Below, one piece after another: positions 1-8,854 of a DNA stretch of 64,000 nt. The stretch's first letter is position 1; the number at the start of each line of letters is the position of its first letter. A program made the position numbers and the translations under genes. Source of the DNA: a virus (taxonomy: Duplodnaviria; Caudoviricetes); IMG/VR virus record IMGVR_UViG_3300046786_000304, positions 96,001 to 160,000 of that record. The stretch is one strand, 5' to 3'. The notes beneath the pieces are model-generated. The model searched no databases, was not told the origin of the DNA, and saw nothing but the letters and a program-made list of their open reading frames with translations.

Positions 1-203
1 ACTAAGTCTAATAAGGCAATGAATTCACTGTTTTGAATATAGTCATTGTATTCTTCAGGATAGTTAGTCTGCATGTAAATAACCATGCTTTGACGCAATG
101 TGTCAAAATCATAGCTAATAAATTCAGCGTTTTTAAAACTAGAGTAAACTATACTCCAATCTTCCGCTCCATATAAGTTTTCTTGTCTGATTGCTTTTGG
201 CAT
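1..203 (-). CDS. gp6: Baseplate wedge protein gp6-like, N-terminal part (runs off window start)
   Basis: Manual translation from ATG at 203: MPKAIRQENLYGAEDWSIVYSSFKNAEFISYDFDTLRQSMVIYMQTNYPEEYNDYIQNSEFIALLDL. It has the 'YDF..LR..M..Y' N-terminus typical of gp6/baseplate-J proteins and lies directly after gp25. Confidence 0.8.
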   Translation of the reverse strand, partial: MPKAIRQENLYGAEDWSIVYSSFKNAEFISYDFDTLRQSMVIYMQTNYPEEYNDYIQNSEFIALLDL

Positions 204-208
204 CGCTG

Positions 209-601
209 TTATCCTTGTGTTCTGCTTAATGCTGTGTCTCGACTAAATGTAGCAATAAGCTCAGTCAATGTTGCTGTGGGCACATAGTTTAATACAATCG
301 CTACTGTGATAATCTGGGAATCGATGTCTTCTCTAACATCTAATTGTCTTAATTCTAGTCTAGGATCTTTAGTCAATATTCTTTCCATGTCTTCGGTAAT
401 CAATTCAATCATTTGTTCTGATATAGGATCAAACAACAAATCCCATACTATACTACCAAAATCTGGACTCATGATTCGTTCACCTTTGCGAGTGTATAAC
501 TCGTTCAAAAGGTCCTGTTTGGCAAGTTCAATGTCATATAACTTGAAGTTGCCCCACTGTTTGTTTACTGTACTAAAGCCTTTAAATTTACGCATACTCA
601 T
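209..601 (-). CDS. gp25: Baseplate wedge protein gp25-like
   Basis: 'LLNELYTRKGERIMSPDFGSIVWDLLFDP' is the gp25/GPW_gp25 signature. Start moved to ATG 601 (MSMRKF), just behind an AATAAATA late-promoter-like box. Confidence 0.9.
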   Translation of the reverse strand: MSMRKFKGFSTVNKQWGNFKLYDIELAKQDLLNELYTRKGERIMSPDFGSIVWDLLFDPISEQMIELITEDMERILTKDPRLELRQLDVREDIDSQIITVAIVLNYVPTATLTELIATFSRDTALSRTQG

Positions 602-644
602 ATTTATTATAAAATAATATAAGTAGTTAACGATAGGACACACT

Positions 645-863
645 ATGAACAAAAATGATTGGCAAGCAAAAAATATTCCAGATACTGTTAATATCATCTG
701 CGAAAACAACAACAAAGCAATGACTGCCAATGTCATTGACATGAATGATAGACTGTTAATCGCGGCTATACAAGGCGTTAAGATTACATTGATTAGTCAG
801 CACGAAAACGGCATATATGCCGGTAAAATGGGCGGCTTAGATTTAATTTACAAGTCAAAATAA
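645..863 (+). CDS. Hypothetical protein
   Basis: 72-aa ORF with an upstream GGA and a terminator directly after it. Confidence 0.6.
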   Translation: MNKNDWQAKNIPDTVNIICENNNKAMTANVIDMNDRLLIAAIQGVKITLISQHENGIYAGKMGGLDLIYKSK

Positions 864-883
864 AAGGGGCAAGGCCCCTTTTA
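861..883. terminator. Bidirectional intrinsic terminator
   Basis: TAAAAGGGGC-AAG-GCCCCTTTTA between convergent ORFs. Confidence 0.85.
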
Positions 884-1426
884 TTCGTTTACTGCCCTAG
901 GCTTATCGTCATCGTAGCCTAAATACTCTCCCCATGCTGGATCTCTCATTGAATAAGGAATAATATTTTTGGCAGCTTTGACCATCTGCCAATAGTTAGG
1001 TTCTTTTGGCACAGTCAGTGGTTCAATTACTTTAGCACCTTTCAGCCAGTTACATGTACCACAGCAAGTAACTAAGTTACTCCAACTACTGCCGCCGCCA
1101 CGACTTTTTGGTTTTACGTGATCCAGTGTCAAGTCTTTGGCTTGGAACTGTTCTCCGCAGTATTGGCAAGTATAGTTGTCGCGCAGATAAACCATTTTAC
1201 GGTTAAACAATACTTTTTGTCGTGGGCGAACATAGCGTTTAGTCATAACGATGCTGGGAACTTTTAATTCCATTCGTTGACTTCGTACTGTCCAATCGTC
1301 ATATTCTTTAATCACCATAACTTTGTTCAAGTAAAGTAATTTGACTGCCAATTGCCAATCAATCACACTGGGAGGTAGCATACTCAGCGGCATACCGTCG
1401 TGGTTTAAAACTAATGTATCACTCAT
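881..1426 (-). CDS. HNH endonuclease (McrA/HNH_5-like)
   Basis: RDNYTCQYCG...LTLDHVKPKSRGG...NLVTCCGTCN gives CxxC, DH, N and CxxCN motifs. Confidence 0.9.
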   Translation of the reverse strand: MSDTLVLNHDGMPLSMLPPSVIDWQLAVKLLYLNKVMVIKEYDDWTVRSQRMELKVPSIVMTKRYVRPRQKVLFNRKMVYLRDNYTCQYCGEQFQAKDLTLDHVKPKSRGGGSSWSNLVTCCGTCNWLKGAKVIEPLTVPKEPNYWQMVKAAKNIIPYSMRDPAWGEYLGYDDDKPRAVNE

Positions 1427-1478
1427 AACTAAAATGGTATTTATTTTGGGTACAGCGGCATTGACGCCATTGAAAATA

Positions 1479-1507
1479 ATTATACAATATTAAATACATT
1501 GTGTCAA
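1479..1507 (-). promoter_or_regulatory. Sigma70-type promoter for the HNH gene
   Basis: Minus strand reads TTGACA-17nt-TATAAT with an extended -10 TG. Confidence 0.8.
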
Positions 1508-1535
1508 CACACATTCTGTAAGAAAGGAGCTAAAA

Positions 1536-1745
1536 ATGGATATAGATTCTATCGAGCACCATATACGCACTCTGGATAACCAACATACTAACATAGCAAG
1601 AAAATTGGATGCTATGCTTGCCCAAAAAAGTTGGAACGAATACGAAGTAGAAGACCTTAAAAAGCAGAAACTTAAACTAAAAGACGAACTATCAATTATG
1701 TATCGAAAACGATACGACTTAATGCATGAACATGATTACGACTAA
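1536..1745 (+). CDS. Small coiled-coil protein, DUF465/YdcH-like
   Basis: 'H..L...L...LKKQKLKLKDEL' pattern and a strong AAGGAG RBS. Confidence 0.65.
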   Translation: MDIDSIEHHIRTLDNQHTNIARKLDAMLAQKSWNEYEVEDLKKQKLKLKDELSIMYRKRYDLMHEHDYD

Positions 1746-2175
1746 CACTACACTAGCAAACTTAGATTATATTATTGAAACTTTAGAAAAACTATCCGCC
1801 GACTTACATAAAAATTCGGTGGATAGTTACCCTTACGATGTTTATAAAGAATATGATGCAAAAAATTTACAATGTTTAAAAGCTATAAATTATTTTTCTA
1901 ATTTAAGGGTTTTAAAAGAAATAGAAATTGGTTATACTGGACACGACTTTAATGTCGAGTATCAAACACGTAGATACAATCAATTAGAAAAATTTCATTT
2001 TATCAGCAATGACGATGATCGCAGTGATATCCATCGAGCCATGACTAGTTTACAAACTGAGTTGATTCAACACAAATATCGAAGAGAAACCAGTAAGCTA
2101 ATAATGTTTGATATCGACTTACCAGAGTCGATAGCAGATATAACTAAAAGTCTTGGTTTAATTAATAATCGTTAA
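1726..2175 (+). CDS. Hypothetical protein
   Basis: 149-aa ORF overlapping the end of the previous gene. Confidence 0.55.
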   Translation: MNMITTNTTLANLDYIIETLEKLSADLHKNSVDSYPYDVYKEYDAKNLQCLKAINYFSNLRVLKEIEIGYTGHDFNVEYQTRRYNQLEKFHFISNDDDRSDIHRAMTSLQTELIQHKYRRETSKLIMFDIDLPESIADITKSLGLINNR

Positions 2176-2513
2176 ACTATTCGATGAGAACTTAAAACTT
2201 TACCTGAAGTATAATCAGAAACTTCTAATTCCAATGTATGATTGGCATTTTTAAAATAAGCTGATCTTTCATGTGACATGTTAGGTAATTTTTTTGAAAT
2301 ATTCTCTTCCATTGAAAACCATTGATCTACATCATTGAGAACAAAGGACATTGTATATGAATCGCCGTTATACTGATACTCTGGCATAATTCCCAATGAT
2401 TCACATATTCCTAGTACAATCCTTTTATATTCTATTAGCTTTGGGTCCGAGGATTCCCACCATAGCTCGACGTCACGATTGGGGCGGCTTCCTTTAAAAC
2501 TAAATTTTATCAT
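2172..2513 (-). CDS. Hypothetical protein
   Basis: 113-aa ORF with a GGAG RBS and an upstream AATAAATA box. Confidence 0.6.
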   Translation of the reverse strand: MIKFSFKGSRPNRDVELWWESSDPKLIEYKRIVLGICESLGIMPEYQYNGDSYTMSFVLNDVDQWFSMEENISKKLPNMSHERSAYFKNANHTLELEVSDYTSGKVLSSHRIV

Positions 2514-2568
2514 TGTAATCTCCGGTATGTGGTACTAAATATTTTGAATATTTATTAAGGTACATCAA

Positions 2569-3192
2569 ATGTATACAACAAAATTAATCTCTGTGGAAGA
2601 TTTGCATTTAGTAGAAGCTGTAATGCGTAGTAATCCACGTGGACCCGAAAGGGCCAATGGAGATTTAATGTCGGACGCTGAAATAAAAGGTACCGTCGCT
2701 CATTATGAACAAAAAATAAAAGAAGGCGTTATCAAAATTGTATTGCTTCTTGAAGATGATAAGCCAATGGCATTTTATAGTGCTTACATCTTACAGTCAG
2801 TGGGCGGATGGGTTATTCATGGCCCCAGAGTAGCCGAGGTAAATAACTCGTATATTACTACTGCTAAAATGTGTGCTCCGGCATTAGATGCGCTATTAGA
2901 GCACATGGAAAGTTTAATGTACTTTAAATTTTGGCAGGTTGATGCAAGGAATAGACACATCCATCGACGAAACTTAATGGAAAAATATTCCAAGAATCAG
3001 GGTCGTTATGACTACTATAACGAAATTCTTATTCCAGGCGGCAACAAAACCGGTATTGTTGTATTTGATAATTTTGCGGCACAATATGTTGGTACATCAG
3101 ATAGGATGATACGAATGTTTGTGTTAAAACAAGAATATCGCGATCCGTTGATAGAAAATTACTACGAAAGAAACAAAAATGAAACTATTTAA
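2569..3192 (+). CDS. Hypothetical protein, possible GNAT-fold acyltransferase
   Basis: Helix-helix then beta pattern 'IKIVLLLEDDKPMAFYSAY...WVIHGPRV' resembles the GNAT core. First gene of the desaturase/ACP operon. Confidence 0.45.
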   Translation: MYTTKLISVEDLHLVEAVMRSNPRGPERANGDLMSDAEIKGTVAHYEQKIKEGVIKIVLLLEDDKPMAFYSAYILQSVGGWVIHGPRVAEVNNSYITTAKMCAPALDALLEHMESLMYFKFWQVDARNRHIHRRNLMEKYSKNQGRYDYYNEILIPGGNKTGIVVFDNFAAQYVGTSDRMIRMFVLKQEYRDPLIENYYERNKNETI

Positions 3193-3976
3193 ATTTTGGG
3201 AAGGTATTGGCGAGAATATTAAACGAGTTTATATTCCTGCCCATATACTTACTATCATAGGTATAATAACATTGTTCAATGGATCAACAGAATTAAGCTG
3301 GCTTTGGCTAGTTTATCCGGCTTGGTTCTTATTTGGACACATTGGATTTGGTATTTTTATTCACAAATACTATTGCCACAGAAGCTTTGAGACATATCCA
3401 TGGATCGCAAGAATCGGTTGCTTTTTAGGAATGATGGTTGGTACTGGTAGTCCTATTATGTTGCGTGTCATGCACATCGGTTATCATCATCCAAACAGCG
3501 ACACTGATTTAGATCCACATTCTCCTAACAGAGGCTTTTGGTGGAGTTATTTCTTGTGGTTGAATCACAAATGGAATTTTAAGAAGATGTGGCTGGCCAA
3601 AGATTTAGTACAAGATCCATGGATGAGAGTATTCCACAGACATTATTATAAAATATACTGGGGCGTGTTCTTGTTGCTTTGTTTAGTTGATTGGAGACTA
3701 GCTGTGTTTACTATCAGTACCGCAACTGTTATTGAATTTCACTTGTCTGGAATTGTTAACTCTGTGGGACATACAAAACATTGGGGTAGCTATCAAAATT
3801 ATCCGGATGTAGACAGAAGTCAAAACATGCCATTGTTTAATTTATTAACATTGGGATTGGGCTTACATAATAACCATCATGGCCGACCAGGCGAATGGGA
3901 TTATGCACATAAACCAGGTGAGATTGATTTTGCAAAATGGTTTGTACCGCTAATTATGAAAAAGGAAACAAAATGA
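3179..3976 (+). CDS. Membrane fatty-acid desaturase (delta-9/OLE1-like)
   Basis: Three His boxes (HKYYCH, HIGYHH followed by ..SD..DPHSP, HNNHH) and hydrophobic TM segments. Confidence 0.92.
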   Translation: MKLFKFWEGIGENIKRVYIPAHILTIIGIITLFNGSTELSWLWLVYPAWFLFGHIGFGIFIHKYYCHRSFETYPWIARIGCFLGMMVGTGSPIMLRVMHIGYHHPNSDTDLDPHSPNRGFWWSYFLWLNHKWNFKKMWLAKDLVQDPWMRVFHRHYYKIYWGVFLLLCLVDWRLAVFTISTATVIEFHLSGIVNSVGHTKHWGSYQNYPDVDRSQNMPLFNLLTLGLGLHNNHHGRPGEWDYAHKPGEIDFAKWFVPLIMKKETK

Positions 3977-4215
3977 GCGTTGACGAGAGTAAAGTTAAAA
4001 AAATTATTGCTAGACAGTTTGGCATTGCTGTAGAAGCCGTGAAGAATGAAAGTTCATTCGTTAACGATCTAGGCGGAGATAGTTTAGATACTGTTGAGCT
4101 TCTACTAGAAATCGAAGATATTTTTGATATCGAGATTCCAGAAGATGTAGCAGAAAACCTAAGCACAGTTCAAGAAGCAATCGATTATTTGAACTCTGTA
4201 GTAGTAACCAATTAA
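3973..4215 (+). CDS. acpP: Acyl carrier protein
   Basis: '[34 protein letters not shown]' carries the phosphopantetheine Ser in DSL. The ATG overlaps the desaturase stop (ATGA). Confidence 0.95.
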   Translation: MSVDESKVKKIIARQFGIAVEAVKNESSFVNDLGGDSLDTVELLLEIEDIFDIEIPEDVAENLSTVQEAIDYLNSVVVTN

Positions 4216-4216
4216 C

Positions 4217-4951
4217 TTATAACAAGTTAGCGTTTGCTAATGTTAAAGGATCTCCGGCGATTTTTAGATTAATGTTAATCGTCAATCTATCGTCGGGGCC
4301 TTCATTCCAAGCACTATGATACTTTCCAGTATCAAAGAAATACCAATTACCATCCGCAGGTATTTGGAATTTATCCCCATTTACTTCATACCACGCATTT
4401 TCGCCGCCTTTGACCGTGGCATGTAATCTTATTGTTCTATAATAAGGAAAATCTACGTGACTGCTAAGATAGCCTTTTCTTCTTAATTCTAATAGACTGG
4501 CTTTGGATACTTCTGATTTAAAAACTGAAAACACGTTCTTAAAGTAGTCATTGTATATACTTGTCGGAGAATTAAAATCATTTTCGTAGAGTTCTGGTAA
4601 TTGATTAGGCAAGTACAAATCATCAGAATATACTAGACCTACATTGACATCTCTTCTTACAAAGTGGTCGCTTAATGGATTTGTTGCGTTTTCTCTTGCG
4701 AAAAAACCTAAACCTCTATACCTATTGTACTTTTTACCTTCAGCGTTTCTATCAATGCTCTGTGCTTCATTGTTATCCAATAACAACTCAACTTGTTTTT
4801 GCATTTCGTTGATGTCAAAGCTATAGTACGACGGTAATTTAAAATAATTGTAATTTAATTTAGGTTGAACATTGTACCATTCATCCAATGGTTTACTATG
4901 CTTTATAGTGTCTATAGAATCGCCCCAGGGCGTATCAAAATTCGTTTTCAT
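4217..4951 (-). CDS. 2OG-Fe(II) oxygenase, Asp/Asn beta-hydroxylase-like
   Basis: HxD (SHVD), 'IRLH', distal His in 'DTGKYHSAWN' and 'RL' 2OG-binding Arg. Confidence 0.8.
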   Translation of the reverse strand: MKTNFDTPWGDSIDTIKHSKPLDEWYNVQPKLNYNYFKLPSYYSFDINEMQKQVELLLDNNEAQSIDRNAEGKKYNRYRGLGFFARENATNPLSDHFVRRDVNVGLVYSDDLYLPNQLPELYENDFNSPTSIYNDYFKNVFSVFKSEVSKASLLELRRKGYLSSHVDFPYYRTIRLHATVKGGENAWYEVNGDKFQIPADGNWYFFDTGKYHSAWNEGPDDRLTININLKIAGDPLTLANANLL

Positions 4952-5834
4952 ATTTTTTAAGATGAATAAACCAAGGAGCTAATTTAAAGTCTTGTGTTAC
5001 TCGTCCACGTCTGGTATTTCCTTCTTCAGGAAGCACACTTCCGGGAGGACTCCAGTCTGTTATCTTAACCCAAGAAGAAGTATATTTTTTATTTTCTTCT
5101 ATAGGGAAAAATACTACATTTTTTTCTGTATAGCCATTAATAGTATTTTGTGTGCGGGCCCAGTTAGGGTCTACACCAACTTGTTCGCAGACTAAATCAA
5201 TCATTTCTTCTACTGTCCAGTTATCGGATTTTTCTAAAGAATAACGACCTATTTGTCCTACATTACGGAATCGCAATATTGCTTTGCCACCAAAACCATT
5301 TACTAACTCTAGTAAACGTTTAGGTACATTATCGTTTACGCCTTTTTGTAAAATTGCGCCGACGTTAACATTCATCTTAACACTTAAACATTCTTCCAGT
5401 GCTTTAACTTTACGTTCGGCCCAACTACCGCCGCCATCCATTATTTTATAAATTTCATTGTCGTCGGCGCCGTTCATGCTTAGATAAATGCTACGCATTC
5501 CAGCATCAACTAATTCTCTGGCATAACCAGGTCTTGCTAACATAAGACCATTGGTCATCATAGTAGGACGATGTCCTCGAATTTTGATGTTATGTACAAT
5601 GTCTACTAAGTCTGCGCGAACTGTGGGCTCACCACCAATTAATCTAACTTCCACTTTGTTAGGCAATTGATCAAGTAACTCATAAAATTTATTTGCGTCA
5701 GCATCAGGAGTTGTCCTTAATGGTGTATAACAATTGGCACATTCCATATTACACTTATGCGTGATATCAATGCCTATGCTATAAAAATGGTTGTCTTTGG
5801 GCTCTAGCTCGTAGTAGTTGTTTAAGTTTAACAT
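4935..5834 (-). CDS. Radical SAM enzyme (MoaA-like superfamily)
   Basis: CNMECANC (CxxxCxxC), GGEPT, TNG and LSMNG motifs. Start set at ATG 5834 behind AATAAATA. Confidence 0.9.
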   Translation of the reverse strand: MLNLNNYYELEPKDNHFYSIGIDITHKCNMECANCYTPLRTTPDADANKFYELLDQLPNKVEVRLIGGEPTVRADLVDIVHNIKIRGHRPTMMTNGLMLARPGYARELVDAGMRSIYLSMNGADDNEIYKIMDGGGSWAERKVKALEECLSVKMNVNVGAILQKGVNDNVPKRLLELVNGFGGKAILRFRNVGQIGRYSLEKSDNWTVEEMIDLVCEQVGVDPNWARTQNTINGYTEKNVVFFPIEENKKYTSSWVKITDWSPPGSVLPEEGNTRRGRVTQDFKLAPWFIHLKKYENEF

Positions 5835-5861
5835 ATAATTATTTATTGGCCTGCTTCTATA

Positions 5862-5890
5862 TAGACACAAATTGTATATTTTAGTATAAT
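5862..5890 (+). promoter_or_regulatory. Sigma70-type promoter
   Basis: TAGACA-CAAATT...(17 nt)-TATAAT. Confidence 0.7.
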
Positions 5891-5919
5891 ATTAACTTGT
5901 TCAACTAACAGGAGTTATT

Positions 5920-6213
5920 ATGAATGTAGCAAATTACATACGTAAGTACGCAAAAACGGGTTCCGGTAAATTAGTTATACTTAAAAAAGACAATATTAAT
6001 AGCACACACAAATGGGTAGAGTATGCGTTAGATATTGTAGATATGTCTTCTATGTTAATGCAAACTAGAGACTTAAAAGAAAAGTATGCGTTAATGGATG
6101 CCTTAGATGTAGCACAACGCAAAAAAGATTGGCATTATAAACAAAAAAACTTTCGTTTACAAGATGCTATGCGTATTTTTGAAGCGGCAAAGTTATTGCC
6201 AAAAAATAATTGA
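5920..6213 (+). CDS. Hypothetical protein
   Basis: 97-aa ORF with AGGAG RBS and promoter. Confidence 0.7.
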   Translation: MNVANYIRKYAKTGSGKLVILKKDNINSTHKWVEYALDIVDMSSMLMQTRDLKEKYALMDALDVAQRKKDWHYKQKNFRLQDAMRIFEAAKLLPKNN

Positions 6214-6238
6214 CACAAATTCTCTATGCTGTTATAAT
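6210..6238 (+). promoter_or_regulatory. Sigma70-type promoter for DNA ligase
   Basis: Perfect TTGACA-17nt-TATAAT with extended -10. Confidence 0.85.
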
Positions 6239-6269
6239 GATAGTATAGAGAATTTTTTATGGGACCACT

Positions 6270-7583
6270 ATGGACAAACCTTGGCAAGTTATCAGCGATT
6301 TGGAAAACCATCCTAGTCGACTGAACAAAGAAGCTATTATTCAAGTTCAAGCCGAAGCAGGCAACAGCGAGTTTTTCGAAGGATGTAGATTGGCTCTAGA
6401 TCCAATGATTACTTTTGGACTTAAACAAATTCCAGAAAAAACTGAAGCAGATGGGCCTGGGTTGGCCTGGGATAGCTTCACTCTTATTACCACAGGTTTT
6501 GTTAATCGTGGTCTCACAGGCAACCTTGCTCGTGACACAGTTAATCAATTAATGAATACTGCCACAAAGGCTGAATGGAATGGTTGGTATCGTCGTATTC
6601 TTATTAAAGACTTGCGATGTGGTACCAGTGAAAAAACAATTAACAAAGTTGTGGAGAAGAAATATGCTAGCTATAGTATCCCTATTTTTGGTTGTCAGCT
6701 TGCTCATGATAGTGCTAATCATGAAAGTAAAGTTACAGGCCAAAAGCTTATCGAAGTCAAACTTGACGGGGTTCGTATTATTACTATTGTCTATCCCGAC
6801 GGCCGTGTTGATCAATTTAGCCGCAATGGCAAGGAACTTGTAAACTTTCCTCATATTAAAAAGCAGTTTGCCAGTATTGCCAGCAATTTGCTTGAGCCAT
6901 GGGTTTTCGATGGCGAGATTATGTCTAGCAGTTTCCAGGATTTAATGAAGCAAGTACATCGTAAAAGCGACGTCAATGCCAACGATGCTGTACTGCATTT
7001 ATTTGATTGTATTCCACTTGTTCATTTTGAACAAGGGCTATGGAATGCTACACAAGAATTCCGTAGCAGTCATTTGAAAACTTTTATAGAAACACACCAA
7101 GCCTCGTTGCCTAATGTAACAATGGTTGGACAGGAACTTGTTGATCTTGACACCATTAAAGGTCAAGCCCGTTTTAAAATGATCAACGCACAGGCTGTAG
7201 CCGGTGGTTATGAAGGCATTATGATTAAAGACCCCAATGCTACTTACGAATGTAAACGTAGTGTAGCATGGTTAAAACTAAAGCCATTTATCGAAGTATC
7301 ATTGGAGGTTACAGATGTTGAAGAAGGCACTGGCAAAAATGAAGGACGCCTTGGGGCTCTTGTTTGCTCCGGCGACGACGATGACCGACGAATTACAGTC
7401 AATGTTGGTAGTGGCTTTAGCGATGATCTTCGAACTAGCGTTTGGGATAGTCGTAATAGTGTCATTGGTCAAATTGTTGAAGTAAGAGCAGATGCTATTA
7501 CACAGAATCAAGACGGAACTTATAGTCTTAGATTCCCTCGCTTTTTGCGATTCCGTGGATTTGTTCCCGGAGAAAAACTATAA
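6270..7583 (+). CDS. gp30: ATP-dependent DNA ligase
   Basis: Motif I EVKLDGVR, motif III FDGEI, motif IV EGIMIK, motif V WLKLKP, C-terminal OB domain ending LRFPRF. Confidence 0.95.
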   Translation: MDKPWQVISDLENHPSRLNKEAIIQVQAEAGNSEFFEGCRLALDPMITFGLKQIPEKTEADGPGLAWDSFTLITTGFVNRGLTGNLARDTVNQLMNTATKAEWNGWYRRILIKDLRCGTSEKTINKVVEKKYASYSIPIFGCQLAHDSANHESKVTGQKLIEVKLDGVRIITIVYPDGRVDQFSRNGKELVNFPHIKKQFASIASNLLEPWVFDGEIMSSSFQDLMKQVHRKSDVNANDAVLHLFDCIPLVHFEQGLWNATQEFRSSHLKTFIETHQASLPNVTMVGQELVDLDTIKGQARFKMINAQAVAGGYEGIMIKDPNATYECKRSVAWLKLKPFIEVSLEVTDVEEGTGKNEGRLGALVCSGDDDDRRITVNVGSGFSDDLRTSVWDSRNSVIGQIVEVRADAITQNQDGTYSLRFPRFLRFRGFVPGEKL

Positions 7584-7591
7584 GGATTTAT

Positions 7592-7900
7592 ATGAAAAAT
7601 TGGCTACGAAATAAATTACATAACTTTATCTTTGCTCCTGATCGAGGAGAGCTTGTAGCAAGCAAACACCACAATGTTACAATTGGTGGTCGAGGTCATC
7701 ATAGTCAAACATTAGGCAGTGATGCCGAACCTTTGAGATTTACAGTATATAATGCTTCAGGAGGCAAAATTGTTGAAATTAGTCACTACGATTCGAAACG
7801 TGATCGCCACGAAACGAGCTTACATATTATTGGCAGTGATGAGGACTTTGGAGACAGTCTTGGAAAGATTGCGTTCCTCGAAATCCTTAAAAAAGGGTAA
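7592..7900 (+). CDS. Hypothetical protein
   Basis: 102-aa ORF with AAGGA RBS, co-oriented with ligase. Confidence 0.7.
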   Translation: MKNWLRNKLHNFIFAPDRGELVASKHHNVTIGGRGHHSQTLGSDAEPLRFTVYNASGGKIVEISHYDSKRDRHETSLHIIGSDEDFGDSLGKIAFLEILKKG

Positions 7901-7904
7901 TGCC

Positions 7905-8141
7905 GTGCTTACTGAAAAAGAAATTGGTTCTATACTTGCCGCGCAGTTAATGGCTACTATTAGAAACCGAGAACAATCTTATGTCAGTAGTATCAGTGCT
8001 CAATACTCACATTTAGAAGAGCCAGGTAAAAAGATCATGGCAGAGCTTACAGAAATGATGTTTGTCAAAGCTGTTGAGCTTGATAAGAAACGCAGACAAG
8101 ATGACGCTGAACAACTTGTTATGGAGAATCTTAAAAAATGA
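7905..8141 (+). CDS. Hypothetical protein
   Basis: Likely GTG start at 7905 after AAGGG; the longer ORF call overlaps the upstream gene. Confidence 0.55.
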   Translation: MLTEKEIGSILAAQLMATIRNREQSYVSSISAQYSHLEEPGKKIMAELTEMMFVKAVELDKKRRQDDAEQLVMENLKK

Positions 8142-8293
8142 AATGCTCTACATGTAGACAAGAATATTCAACACGCTGTGATTGGAATCAAGGACGATGT
8201 CCGCATCGAGAACCAATGATTAATCCGCACTCGTTTAGATTCTATAACCTTATACTAAGTATTAAAGATGTTTTTAAACGTATCAAAAAGTAA
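8138..8293 (+). CDS. Small Cys-rich protein not in ORF track
   Basis: Manual translation MKCSTCRQEYSTRCDWNQGRCPHREPMINPHSFRFYNLILSIKDVFKRIKK*. ATGA overlap with the previous stop, GGAG upstream. Confidence 0.6.
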   Translation: MKCSTCRQEYSTRCDWNQGRCPHREPMINPHSFRFYNLILSIKDVFKRIKK

Positions 8294-8495
8294 TATCAAA
8301 ACTATTCGTCCTGGTGATCCTGATTGGATTATCATTGATGGTCTTACTATATCACACAGAGCAGGCTTTGAGATTGACATTAAATGTCCTAGCAATGTAG
8401 AACAATACATTCTTATGGCTATCGAAAATAAATGGTTGAAGCCGATTGCTTATCAACCAGTACACGAAGAATTTATGGAAAAACTAACAAAATGA
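8268..8495 (+). CDS. Hypothetical protein
   Basis: 75-aa ORF whose stop overlaps the next ATG. Confidence 0.6.
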   Translation: MFLNVSKSNIKTIRPGDPDWIIIDGLTISHRAGFEIDIKCPSNVEQYILMAIENKWLKPIAYQPVHEEFMEKLTK

Positions 8496-8854
8496 CAAAC
8501 CCTTTTAAAGACCAAGAAAAATTTATGCGAGCCTGTGACCAAAGTGTCGAAGGCTTTAATCAAGATCAATTCAGACTATATGTTAATCTAATCAAAGAAG
8601 AATATACAGAACTCGGCGAAGCAATCAATAACAGCGATCAAGTTGAAACACTAGACGCACTAATTGATATTTTAGTTGTTACCATTGGTGCCATCCACAG
8701 CATGGGTGCGGATGCTGAAGGTGCTTGGAAAGAAGTTATGAGTACAAACTTTACTAAGATTGACAAAGAAACTGGCAAAGTTCGTAAACGTGAAGACGGT
8801 AAAGTTCTAAAGCCCATTGGTTGGGTTGCCCCTGAACTTAGACCCTTTGTTTAA
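8492..8854 (+). CDS. MazG-like/all-alpha NTP pyrophosphohydrolase
   Basis: 'LIKEEYTEL...ETLDALIDILVV' gives the ExxE...ExxD metal motif. Start at ATG 8492. Confidence 0.85.
   Translation: MTNPFKDQEKFMRACDQSVEGFNQDQFRLYVNLIKEEYTELGEAINNSDQVETLDALIDILVVTIGAIHSMGADAEGAWKEVMSTNFTKIDKETGKVRKREDGKVLKPIGWVAPELRPFV

Noticed and set aside
602-742. N-terminal hydrophobic extension of the gp25 ORF call
   Set aside because: It overlaps the promoter region and ORF 645-863; homology-like sequence begins at ATG 601.
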